From Thermoleophilia bacterium (lineage in GTDB: Bacteria > Actinomycetota > Thermoleophilia > RBG-16-64-13): a stretch of 64,000 nucleotides of DNA. The notes beneath the pieces are model-generated. The model was not told where the DNA came from and did not search any database. It saw only the letters and a list, made by a program, of their open reading frames with translations. This document shows, piece after piece, positions 19,540 through 28,014 of the stretch. Made by a program: the position numbers and the translations under genes. Where the stretch lies: the NCBI GenBank assembly GCA_040772905.1, contig JAXGXJ010000009.1:540-64539 (forward strand). Reading direction: 5' to 3'. Positions within the stretch are counted from its first letter, which is position 1. Each line of letters begins with the position of its first letter.

Positions 19540-20187
19540 ATGCATCGTATGAGACGCGAGACCACAGTGTTAGACAGACAAGAAGCGGCTCCGCGCGGAT
19601 CGTCCGTATGCCTGCGGTTGAGCATCACCCTGCTGGCGTTGGTGCTTCTGGGTGGCGTACTGGCTGGATGCTCGGATGCGCTCACCGCCGCGCGCGATCT
19701 GGAGGCCCGGGGCGACTTGCCGGGAGCGGTGGAAGTCTATCGCGAGTTGCTGCAGGAGGAGCCAAACGACTTGGATGCGCTCCGGTCTCTGGCTCTCGAT
19801 CTGCTCCTGTTGAATCGTCGCGATGATGCTCTAGAGGTCCAGGAGAAGATCGTCAGTCTGGATCCGAAGGATTCACTCACCAGGGTCGAGTTGGCATTCA
19901 ACTACCTCAATCATCAGAACAGGCCGGCTGACGCAGTCGTATACCTGAAGCAGGCGACGGAGTTGGAGCCGAGCGCCAAGAACTGGGCTTTCCTCGCTCA
20001 GGCTCAGATAGAAGTGGACGATCTGCCCGGGGCGGAGAACAGCCTCACTCGCAGTCTCGAGGCGGATCCGACATATCCTCTCGCATACTCGCTCCTGGTC
20101 GGGCTTCTCGAGAGTGAGGGTCGGTCGGCTGAGGCTCTCGATGTGCGGCAGCAAGCCGCCTCCAACGGCGTCACGCTGCGCGAGTAG
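19540..20187 (+). CDS. TPR-repeat lipoprotein (lipobox LAGC), possibly a PilF/PilW-like pilus accessory protein
   Basis: Signal peptide with lipobox VLAGCSD; TPR-like helical repeats (EVYRELLQEEPNDLDALRSLA...). Sits between two pilin paralogs. Confidence 0.6.
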   Translation: MHRMRRETTVLDRQEAAPRGSSVCLRLSITLLALVLLGGVLAGCSDALTAARDLEARGDLPGAVEVYRELLQEEPNDLDALRSLALDLLLLNRRDDALEVQEKIVSLDPKDSLTRVELAFNYLNHQNRPADAVVYLKQATELEPSAKNWAFLAQAQIEVDDLPGAENSLTRSLEADPTYPLAYSLLVGLLESEGRSAEALDVRQQAASNGVTLRE

Positions 20188-20215
20188 TGTGTTGGACGGG
20201 GGCAAGCCGAGGGTC

Positions 20216-20719
20216 ATGAGACAGAGTGTATTTCGGCATAGGATGCAGGGTGCTGCCGGCTTCACCCTTGTGGAACTCCTGATGGTGATCGTCATCATCG
20301 CCATCCTGGCCTGTATCGCAGTCCCCATCTTCTTGGGTCACAGGGAGAAGGCTGATGACACGGTCGCCTACACGCTTGTCCGGAACGCTTTGACCGCGGT
20401 GCAGGGCTCGTACGTGGACACACATGACTACCGTCTGATCAGCGCCGAAATGCTATCCAAGATGGAGCCGAGCATAGCCTGGGTGACGCAGGGTGCGGAC
20501 CTGGTCTCGGTCGATCCCCCAGCCCTCTTCGATGCCATCGGTGCACAGGCTTCCAAACATGAGGTGGCGTTCTACGCCCAGTCGGCCGACGTAGTCGACG
20601 TTGCCAGTGTGAGTAGGAGCGGCAATTCCTTCGGCATCCAGGTCGATACCCGCGACCTGCTTGATACGGGCTACGTGAAGGTGAGGGTCATCGACGGGAG
20701 CGTATCCGTCGGCTGGTGA
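20216..20719 (+). CDS. type IV pilin, paralog of the 18915 gene
   Basis: MQGAAG|FTLVELLMVIVIIAILACIAVPIFLGHREKADD... About 60 N-terminal residues closely match the first pilin; C-terminal domains diverge. Confidence 0.75.
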   Translation: MRQSVFRHRMQGAAGFTLVELLMVIVIIAILACIAVPIFLGHREKADDTVAYTLVRNALTAVQGSYVDTHDYRLISAEMLSKMEPSIAWVTQGADLVSVDPPALFDAIGAQASKHEVAFYAQSADVVDVASVSRSGNSFGIQVDTRDLLDTGYVKVRVIDGSVSVGW

Positions 20720-20876
20720 CCGGTCGCATCTCTGCAGCACTCTTCGCGGCTTCTTCATCAGAGGGACGGTAGGATCGTCAGATCCCTGGTTCCCGTCCTC
20801 TTAAGACGATCGTCGCCTGCCAATCTAGGTCCAAGGTAGGTCCCGCAGTACACGCCGAGGCCTCACACTGGCACCC

Positions 20877-21359
20877 ATGGATAGCCACCAGCACACTTTC
20901 GGCTCTCGGGGCCACACACTCATCGAGCTCGTCGTGGTGCTCGCTCTCGTGGGCATATGCCTTGTGCTCGGGCTGGTCTCGTTCTCGACGGGGGTAGGAG
21001 CCCAACAGGCCAGGGGTGCGGCGCAGAGTGTGCAGGTTGCGGCGGCTTGGGCGCAGACTGACGTGCTCTGGCACGCTGGTGCCGTGAGGGTGGCATACGA
21101 CGGGGGCGATATCGCACTCACGCGCGACCTCGGTCTCGGTGGGGCCGGCCTGGGATGCGCGGCTCCAGTGGCGGATGTATCCACCAACGTCGCCCGCTGG
21201 CGTGATGGAGAGGGAGTGGGGGTCACGTTCGGCGGTGCCCTCGCGTCTCCGGACGGCGGCGGGTCTCTCTACTTCGACGTCCTCCAGGCGAGATATCGGG
21301 TGGTGGTGCGGCCCGAAAGCGGGCTGACCGCGCGGAGTCTCTCGGTGGTGAGGCCCTGA
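20877..21359 (+). CDS. minor pilin, FimT/GspH-like
   Basis: RG|HTLIELVVVLALVGICL prepilin motif; about 160 aa. Confidence 0.6.
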   Translation: MDSHQHTFGSRGHTLIELVVVLALVGICLVLGLVSFSTGVGAQQARGAAQSVQVAAAWAQTDVLWHAGAVRVAYDGGDIALTRDLGLGGAGLGCAAPVADVSTNVARWRDGEGVGVTFGGALASPDGGGSLYFDVLQARYRVVVRPESGLTARSLSVVRP

Positions 21360-22114
21360 TGAGCGTCATCGCCGGCGGCGCAGGCGCTCGCCGGACAAAG
21401 CCGTGTCAAGGGGGATGGATGCTGGCCGAGGTCATGGTCGCCGTCCTCATCGCTGGAGTGGCGGTCACGTTCTTGGCGGCCAGTGTTCTGAGTGCGGCCC
21501 AGCAGGCCGGGCACGTGCGTCAGCAGGCGGAGGCAGTGGGCGCGCAGGCTGCCGCTCCCGAGGTGTTGAGCGCCTGGACGTGGGGGGCCGGTGTGCTGGC
21601 CGCCGAGTGGTCTCCGGGGCCGGTGCTACGGGTCCAAGCTCGTGTCGAGAGTGGCGGGTCGGATCCCATGATGATGGGATTGTGGATGGACGGCTGGTTT
21701 CAGGGGGAGTGGCCGCTGGACGATTCGGGCACGCAGGTGTTCGAGCAGGGGTCTTGGGACGGTTGCGAGGGCGCCGAGGCCGTGCTGCGCGTGCGGGCAG
21801 CGGGAGACGCGTGGGGGAGTCCCTGGCGTTCGCTGGTGCCCGGTGCCACGGGCGTGGTCTCGTTACCGCCGATGATCACCGGCAGAGGAGCCGCTTCAGT
21901 CCTCGCTGCTTCTTCCGAGGTCACCTCCGTCCACGTGCCGGTCGCGGGAGCGGGTGTGGTGGAGACATCGTGGGTGCCGTCCGCATACGAAGACGCTGCC
22001 CACGGGCCGCTGGTGCTGAACAATCCGGTCCCCGGGGAAGCGGGTGTCGCATTCCAGAGCGTGACGCAGTCGTGGCTCTCGCATAGTGGGCGGGCCCTCG
22101 ATGTGTATTTCTAG
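21359..22114 (+). CDS. minor pilin, PilV-like
   Basis: QGG|WMLAEVMVAVLIAGVAV prepilin motif with Glu at +5; ATGA-type overlap with the upstream gene. Confidence 0.55.
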   Translation: MSVIAGGAGARRTKPCQGGWMLAEVMVAVLIAGVAVTFLAASVLSAAQQAGHVRQQAEAVGAQAAAPEVLSAWTWGAGVLAAEWSPGPVLRVQARVESGGSDPMMMGLWMDGWFQGEWPLDDSGTQVFEQGSWDGCEGAEAVLRVRAAGDAWGSPWRSLVPGATGVVSLPPMITGRGAASVLAASSEVTSVHVPVAGAGVVETSWVPSAYEDAAHGPLVLNNPVPGEAGVAFQSVTQSWLSHSGRALDVYF

Positions 22115-22163
22115 TGCGCACACGCCGACGGAAAGTGGTGCGGTCTGTGGACGCGGGTGTCTG

Positions 22164-22778
22164 ATGGCGCCTCGTGGGCAAGACGTCGCTTGCCGGTCGT
22201 CCGTGCAAGGCTTTGGGCTCATAGAACTGCTCGTGGCATTGGCTCTGGGGTTGGCTCTGGCGATGGCCGCCCTTCCCCTCATGCTGTCTCTCCAGAAGAC
22301 AGGAGTCCATGAGGCCGACAGGTCTGTCCAACTGGCACAGGCCAGGGTCGCTATAGCCCGGTTCGAACGTGACACGCGTCTGGCCGGCTGCGAGGGATGC
22401 CCCTTTTCAGCCGTCGGCGGGATCGTCGACGCTTCAGCGAAGCGCTTGGTACTGCTCGTGAGGGAGCAGGCTGACGCTGAACCGCTCCTCATCTGTTGGG
22501 AGATGGTCGGGTCGAATCTCATGCGACGGCGAGGGCTCTGTCCCGCCGAGCGTCCGGCTTCGATCAGCACGGCGCTGTTCTTCGACAACAAGACCATGTT
22601 GGAGGGGGTGCGCCCTGGGAGCGGGTTTCTGTACCGCATCGGCGCCGGCGTGGTCGAGGCGTCGCTCGTGTCCGTACGATCGTGGGCGGTCGACGCGGTG
22701 GGACTGTGCCTGCGATTGGCCCCGAACGCGGGCGACAGCGTGACGACGGTCGTCAGCACGGGCCCGGTGGGTCGATGA
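22164..22778 (+). CDS. minor pilin, PilW-like
   Basis: QG|FGLIELLVALALGLALAMAAL prepilin motif. Confidence 0.55.
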   Translation: MAPRGQDVACRSSVQGFGLIELLVALALGLALAMAALPLMLSLQKTGVHEADRSVQLAQARVAIARFERDTRLAGCEGCPFSAVGGIVDASAKRLVLLVREQADAEPLLICWEMVGSNLMRRRGLCPAERPASISTALFFDNKTMLEGVRPGSGFLYRIGAGVVEASLVSVRSWAVDAVGLCLRLAPNAGDSVTTVVSTGPVGR

Positions 22779-23902
22779 TCGGCCGGCGTTGCCATGGCCG
22801 CGGCATCGGTCGGGCTGCAGCGCGCGCGAGAACGGACGCGTCGGCTGAGGTGCTCCATCCGAGACGTCATCTGAGACGTCCCGCGAGTCACGATCGTGGC
22901 TCAGCGGTCCTCCTCATGCTCTTCGTGTGCGCGGTGATAGCGGTGGTGGTGCACGCGCTCAGCGCAGTGATCCTGTGCGTCGAAGGGGCCTTGGTCGATG
23001 AGACAAGGGGTCGCGTGCTTCTTGCCGAGAAGGATGCCGCGTTGGCACACATCAGGCAGGGGTTGCTTTGTAGCTGGGGGCCTGTTGGGCCGACCTGGAC
23101 GACCCTGGAGACGAGTTCCACGGGTGAGTCCGTCGAAGTCACCGCGATGGAGAGACCGGACTCTGGGGGATGGGTGATGGGGGCAAGTGTAAGGCACGAA
23201 CCGGACGTGTCTCGCTGGAGGGTGTCCGTCGCAGCCGAGTACGGCCGAGACGGCGTGGATCTTCCACAAGCAGCGATAGTGGCTGGGAGCCTGTCGGCAG
23301 CGGCGGGACGGGAGATCCTCTGGCTGGACCTCGATCCGGCCGCTGAGTCCGATGGCGGTGCGGCAGTGCTGTGTTACACACGGGAGCTCCTCGACGAGCC
23401 CCTGCTGGGACCGATGTGCGCGATGCTGTCGCTCAACTCGCCGTGGCGATTGGACCCGGGATGGGCGAGTGCGGCTACGGTCGACGACGAGAGCGCGGGT
23501 GGCGGCGGCATCGACCGCACGCCGGATGCGTCGGCCTCGCCGTCCGCCGTCGCGCCTGGCCCTCAGGCGTATCTGCTGGCGGGAGACCGAGGCACGACGA
23601 TGAGGTTCCCCGTGGAGGCGGTCGGCGGCTCTTCCGACGTGCCGCACCTCGTGGTCCTCACCGGCGGCGCCGACCTCGATGCCACACATCTGGGCGACTT
23701 CTACGGCGTGATCGTGGTCGACGGCGGGTCGTCGGCGCTCGAGGGCACCGTCGTCCACGGTGCGGTCTTCACCACCGATGAGGTGACACTGGGGGACAGC
23801 GGGCGCATCCTCTACTCTCCGCGGATCTTGCGTTGGGCCACCGATCGGTCGCTGCAGCGGGTGAGGTTGGTGCCCGGGACACGGTGGGAGGCGGTCGAGT
23901 AG
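22775..23902 (+). CDS. PilX-like pilus assembly protein (N-terminal anchor plus large C-terminal domain)
   Basis: ATG at 22775 in an ATGA overlap with the pilW-like stop; alternative GTG start near 22850. Anchor RGSAVLLMLFVCAVIAVVVHAL and A...A motif (LLAEKDAALAHIRQGL) as in PilX_N. N-terminus homologous to the minus-strand 70-aa fragment. Confidence 0.5.
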   Translation: MIGRRCHGRGIGRAAARARTDASAEVLHPRRHLRRPASHDRGSAVLLMLFVCAVIAVVVHALSAVILCVEGALVDETRGRVLLAEKDAALAHIRQGLLCSWGPVGPTWTTLETSSTGESVEVTAMERPDSGGWVMGASVRHEPDVSRWRVSVAAEYGRDGVDLPQAAIVAGSLSAAAGREILWLDLDPAAESDGGAAVLCYTRELLDEPLLGPMCAMLSLNSPWRLDPGWASAATVDDESAGGGGIDRTPDASASPSAVAPGPQAYLLAGDRGTTMRFPVEAVGGSSDVPHLVVLTGGADLDATHLGDFYGVIVVDGGSSALEGTVVHGAVFTTDEVTLGDSGRILYSPRILRWATDRSLQRVRLVPGTRWEAVE

Positions 23903-23930
23903 GTGGTACGGCGGACGGTATACTGGAGGC

Positions 23931-24470
23931 ATGGCACGGAATGAACGAAGGATCGACGACGCCAGCAGTTCCTGGCGCAGCATGCGGCAGCGCTTGCGGC
24001 TTGAGTGCCGGGAGTGTGAGGTCATCTGCGAAAGGGTGGTCTCTCCCTGGCATTGTCTGAAGAGCGGCTGTCCCTATGTGTACGTGTTCGAGGAGCGCGA
24101 CACGTCGTACTTCGGCTGCCTGCACAAAGTGTTCGCGCCCGAACTCGACCTGGCGGCGTTCACCGATGCGAACGGGGCGAACGCCGGTAGTGTCGGCGCC
24201 GGCGGCACGGGCACGCGAGGCGGGAGGTCTGCCGACCCGTACGGCCACCTGCGGGTGAATCGCTCCCCCAGGCCCGAGTGCGCCGTAACCATCGAGCAGG
24301 CCTACGCAGCCCTGGCCACGCCCGGTTGCTGCTGCAACCCCACGTTCTTCCTGCACCCGGCGGCGTCGGCCCAGGAGAGCATCAGGCTCACCAGCAACGT
24401 CGGCCCCGGTCCCGTCGCTGACGTCGGCCCCGGCCCCGACAGCGACGCCGACGATGGTCGGCAGGAGTAG
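23931..24470 (+). CDS. hypothetical Cys-rich small protein (CxxCx3C...CxxxxC N-terminal cluster, CCC motif, C-terminal VGPGPxxD tandem repeat)
   Basis: High GC3 and a mid-GC second codon position support coding. No family recognised. Start uncertain: 23931 has GGAGG only 1 nt upstream, and the alternative ATG at 23982 has no Shine-Dalgarno. Confidence 0.4.
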   Translation: MARNERRIDDASSSWRSMRQRLRLECRECEVICERVVSPWHCLKSGCPYVYVFEERDTSYFGCLHKVFAPELDLAAFTDANGANAGSVGAGGTGTRGGRSADPYGHLRVNRSPRPECAVTIEQAYAALATPGCCCNPTFFLHPAASAQESIRLTSNVGPGPVADVGPGPDSDADDGRQE

Positions 24471-24481
24471 TCCGAGCCGGC

Positions 24482-25414
24482 GTGGATCTGCACATCGTCT
24501 TTCTCGGCACCGCCGGGGCCACCCCCACTGTCGATAGAGGCTCCAGCGCCACCCTTCTCATCCGCGGCGGCGAACGCATCCTCATCGACTGCGGGGAGGG
24601 CACCCAGCGTCAACTCATGCGTTCAGTCGGTCTGGCGCGCATCGACCTCATAGTGCTCACCCACCTGCACGGAGACCACTATCTGGGCCTGCCCGGCCTG
24701 CTGAAGACATGGAGCCTCCTCGGCCGCACCGAACCGCTGGTCCTGTACGGTCCCGAAGGTCTGTATGAGCTCATGCGTGACGCCGAGCGTCTCGTGGGGA
24801 GGCCGCGCTTCCCGCTCTACGTGGAGGAGGCCAAGCCCGGGAACGTGCTGCAGGGTGTCGACTACTGGCTGAAGGCGGCCCCGGTGGACCACGGTCTGCC
24901 CGGTCTGGCCTGGTGTTTGGAGGAGAAGACGCGTCCGGGTCTGTTCCATCCCGAGTGGGCCACGGCCTTGGGCGTGACGCCGGGCCCGGATTTCGGGCGC
25001 CTGCAGAGGGGAGAGACGGTGATCCTGGCGAGCGGCGATGAAGTGACGCCTGACCAGGTGATGGAGAAAGAGCGGGCGGGTCGCAAAGTGGTGGTGAGCG
25101 GTGACACCCGGCCTGTGCAGTCTGTCATCGACCTGGCCGCCGGCGCCTCTGTGCTCATCCACGAGTCGACCTTCGCCTGGGAGGAACGCGAGCGCGCGCT
25201 CGAGACTCGGCATTCCACCGCCAGGGAGGCCGCCGAGGTGGCTCGCGCCGCCGGTGTGGGTCTGCTGGCGCTCACCCACATCAGTTCCCGGCACAGCTGG
25301 CGCGAGTTGCGGAGCGAGGCGCGCGCCGTCTTTCCCGACACCATCCTCCCGAAAGACTTTGACACCTTGGTGGTCCCGTATCCGGAGAAGGGCATCGCTC
25401 ATCTGGTCTCGTGA
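24482..25414 (+). CDS. rnz: ribonuclease Z
   Basis: Metallo-beta-lactamase fold with LTHLHGDH motif; IVFLGTAGATP N-terminus. GTG start. Confidence 0.85.
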   Translation: MDLHIVFLGTAGATPTVDRGSSATLLIRGGERILIDCGEGTQRQLMRSVGLARIDLIVLTHLHGDHYLGLPGLLKTWSLLGRTEPLVLYGPEGLYELMRDAERLVGRPRFPLYVEEAKPGNVLQGVDYWLKAAPVDHGLPGLAWCLEEKTRPGLFHPEWATALGVTPGPDFGRLQRGETVILASGDEVTPDQVMEKERAGRKVVVSGDTRPVQSVIDLAAGASVLIHESTFAWEERERALETRHSTAREAAEVARAAGVGLLALTHISSRHSWRELRSEARAVFPDTILPKDFDTLVVPYPEKGIAHLVS

Positions 25415-25496
25415 CGGCGGTCATGCCGGGCCTCGTGGCGGTGCCGGCCGTGGGCGCGTGATGGGCGCCTTGTCTGGCAGCCGGGGCCTGAACCGG

Positions 25497-25502
25497 TATA
25501 AT
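25497..25502 (+). promoter_or_regulatory. consensus -10 box TATAAT about 46 nt upstream of tRNA-Arg
   Basis: Perfect TATAAT in the intergenic region immediately before the tRNA. Confidence 0.35.
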
Positions 25503-25548
25503 GGCCCCTCGTCGGTACGTCTTCCGCAACTGGGGCGTCCGCATCCTC

Positions 25549-25621
25549 GCCCACGTAGCTCAGGGGATAGAGCACTGGCCTCCGGAGCCAGGTGTCGCAG
25601 GTTCGAATCCTGCCGTGGGCA
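25549..25621 (+). tRNA. tRNA-Arg (anticodon CCG)
   Basis: Cloverleaf folds by hand. Acceptor GCCCACG/CGTGGGC. D-arm GCTC-AGGGGATA-GAGC. Anticodon stem CTGGC/GCCAG with loop CTCCGGA. T-arm GCAGG-TTCGAAT-CCTGC. Discriminator A; no encoded CCA. Confidence 0.85.
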
Positions 25622-25711
25622 TCCCAGGTCTCTCTCCTCCCCCACGACTACGGCATCGTCGTCTCGTCCCAAAGCGCCGTGCGGCCCCGGCCGATGGATG
25701 CCCGCCGCAGT

Positions 25712-26485
25712 TCAGCTGAGGGGCTCGGTTTCGAGGTCCAGATGGTCCTCCAACCGGTCGTGGGGGACCTTCTGCACGGGCGCGAACTGCCAGCCGAAGA
25801 CCGTACGCGCTGCCTCGACGTAGGCGGTCTTCATCTCGTCCATAGGATACGACCGTCCGGTCAGCGCCAGGATGCTGGTCTGGCGCAGATCGGGGTCGCC
25901 GCAGGAGACGATCAGTCCGAAGAGCGACAGGTCGATGCTCACGTTGAGTGAGGTGCCGTGGCTGGCCACCCAGCGCCGGCAGCGCAGGCCCACCGAGGCG
26001 ATCTTCTCCTCAGCCACGTACAGTCCCGGTGCGCCCGGGTGCCGCACCGCGTCGATGTCCAGACGAGAAAGGACGATGATCAGGACTTCCTCCAGGTTGT
26101 GAACGTAGGTGCTGAGGTCGTGTGTGGGGATGGGGACGATGGGATAGCTCACCAGCTGTCCGGGGGCGTGGAGCGTCGCTTGTCCGCCGCGCTCGGACCT
26201 CACCGTGGTGATACTGGGTCGCGCGGCGCCCGGGGGCGACGCGCGGAGGTCGTGTGCGCCCGCCCGCGTGCCCAGCGTGATGACCGGCTCGTGCTCGAGT
26301 AGCAGCAGGAGCCCGGGCAAGCGCCCATCTGCCACGTGGTCACGGAGTCGACGCTGCAGCTCCTGTACCGGCTCGTACGGCGCCACACCCAGGTCGAACA
26401 CGGGCAGGGGAGAGGCCGTGCTCGTGCCTTGGCCAGACCGGCGGGGGGCGCGTGCGCCGCGGCTTTCTTGGTGTGCTGCTGTCAT
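25712..26485 (-). CDS. lipB: lipoyl(octanoyl) transferase
   Basis: LipB-type motifs (HEPVITLG, RGGQATLHAPGQLVSYPI, KIASVGL); BPL/LPL catalytic domain. Confidence 0.8.
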   Translation of the reverse strand: MTAAHQESRGARAPRRSGQGTSTASPLPVFDLGVAPYEPVQELQRRLRDHVADGRLPGLLLLLEHEPVITLGTRAGAHDLRASPPGAARPSITTVRSERGGQATLHAPGQLVSYPIVPIPTHDLSTYVHNLEEVLIIVLSRLDIDAVRHPGAPGLYVAEEKIASVGLRCRRWVASHGTSLNVSIDLSLFGLIVSCGDPDLRQTSILALTGRSYPMDEMKTAYVEAARTVFGWQFAPVQKVPHDRLEDHLDLETEPLS

Positions 26486-26612
26486 CGTCAGTCCGTAGTG
26501 ATGTGGGCCGCCCGCGTGTCTACGGCGGGCCGACGCTTGGCTCCGCGGGCCGCCCTGTGAGAGACTCGGAATCTAGGAAGCACCATACAGTATCTGAGAT
26601 CCAGGAGGATCA

Positions 26613-26834
26613 GTGGGCAAGAAGCATTTCGACCCGCTCTGGGAGGTAGTAGGCGAGAAGGCCCCCCTGCAGGGCGGCGCGCCCGATATCGACGCGGTGT
26701 GTCCGTGGTGTGGCGTGACCGTCCATCTGGGCGACGAGGTGGTCATCGGTACCAGCTACGAGTGCGGCCTGTGCGGTGGAGTCTCGAAGCTGGTGGAGAA
26801 GGATGGTGGCGTGGCCCTCGAGCGGCTCGTCTGA
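26613..26834 (+). CDS. small zinc-ribbon protein with LysW-like CPxCG...CxxCG architecture but no acidic EDWGE tail
   Basis: CPWCGVTVHLGDEVVIGTSYECGLCGGVSKLV. AGGAGGA Shine-Dalgarno upstream; GC3-rich. Confidence 0.45.
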   Translation: MGKKHFDPLWEVVGEKAPLQGGAPDIDAVCPWCGVTVHLGDEVVIGTSYECGLCGGVSKLVEKDGGVALERLV

Positions 26835-26864
26835 GGCGCACAGCCACTCCGGAGCTCGGTGGGA

Positions 26865-27962
26865 TCAGTAGCGCACTACCGGGCGTCCAAGTCCATCGGC
26901 CACGTCACCCAGGGCGTCCGCCAGTTCTTTCGGCGCCGAGACCGTCGCAGGGTCGCCGTCGGAGATGTAGCGCAACTCCGGGCGGGCCTTGAAGTTCTTG
27001 ATGGCGTCGGCGATGAAGTTCTCGCTGCCCCTGATGCGCGGGATGTGCATGGCGTCGAACTTGGCCGAGAAAGGTGAGGGCGAGGGGACCGAATCGAGCG
27101 CGAGGGCGGAGGTGTACCTGTAATCGGTGTCCTCGTAGGTGCCCGAGGACAAGATGCTCAGGTCGCTGGGATACTCGCCGAAGGGGATGGAGATGCTGGT
27201 GACGGCATAGCCTCCGCCGATGATGTCTTCGAGCGTTGCCTGCGATTCGGCCAGTTGCTTCACCGCTTCGCTCTTGCCGGCCTTCTTGAGATTGAGATGG
27301 GTCACGGTGTGGCTGCCCACCTCGTAGCCCCAGTCGATGAGGTTGCGCAACTTCTCCTGCTGCCGGTCGGGCTGGCCGAAGAGCACCCGCTCCTTGGGCA
27401 CGACGTCCAGCAGGCAGTAGAACGATGCCCGCGAGGCCCAGTCGCCGTCCTCGGTGGCTGCCTGGAGGATGCCCACGGCTGAGTCGGGGTCGAGGCTGCC
27501 GTCGTCAAGGATGCGATACTGGCCGGGACTGGAGTCATCGAAGGTGATCACCACAGGCGACTTGCCCGCGGGGATGTCGATGTTGCCCGAGGCGAGGTCG
27601 CGCACGTTGACGGGGTAGAAGCCTTCCGCCTTGAGCAGCGCGATGTCGTTACGGAAGTTCTCGGGGGTGCGTGTCCACTCGGTCTCTTTGGAGTCGATGA
27701 GGTGGTACATGAGCACCAGCACCTGGCCCATCTCATTCGCTCCGATGGTGCGCGCGCGCTCAGGGGTCATCGGCCCACTGGCGACCGTGGTGGCCGTGCC
27801 TGCCTCCGCCTGGGCGGCGGCGGTCTCCTCGTCGCTGCTACGGCTGGTCTCGGCGATCGCCGGGCCCGAAGGCCCGCCGAAGGCGAGTCCGGCCACCAGC
27901 CCGATGAAGCCGCCGATGACGAAGCAGACCATGATGAAGCGGATGACCCTGCTGCGTTGCAT
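26865..27962 (-). CDS. membrane-anchored polysaccharide deacetylase (NodB homology domain)
   Basis: N-terminal TM helix; TFDD motif (VVITFDDSSPGQY), HxxxH region (GSHTVTH). Confidence 0.8.
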   Translation of the reverse strand: MQRSRVIRFIMVCFVIGGFIGLVAGLAFGGPSGPAIAETSRSSDEETAAAQAEAGTATTVASGPMTPERARTIGANEMGQVLVLMYHLIDSKETEWTRTPENFRNDIALLKAEGFYPVNVRDLASGNIDIPAGKSPVVITFDDSSPGQYRILDDGSLDPDSAVGILQAATEDGDWASRASFYCLLDVVPKERVLFGQPDRQQEKLRNLIDWGYEVGSHTVTHLNLKKAGKSEAVKQLAESQATLEDIIGGGYAVTSISIPFGEYPSDLSILSSGTYEDTDYRYTSALALDSVPSPSPFSAKFDAMHIPRIRGSENFIADAIKNFKARPELRYISDGDPATVSAPKELADALGDVADGLGRPVVRY

Positions 27963-28014
27963 ACCCCGCAGTGTACCAGATGAGGGCGCCCGCCTCTGTT
28001 AGAATGCCCCCAAC

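Noticed and set aside
20860-20880. TGGCAC hexamer resembling a sigma-54 -24 element just before the fimT-like gene
   Set aside because: No matching -12 TTGC element at the correct spacing, and the hexamer abuts the ATG directly.
25622-25711. Possible integrated element at the 3' side of tRNA-Arg
   Set aside because: lipB begins within 90 nt. No integrase, att-like direct repeat of the tRNA 3' end, or compositional shift was seen.
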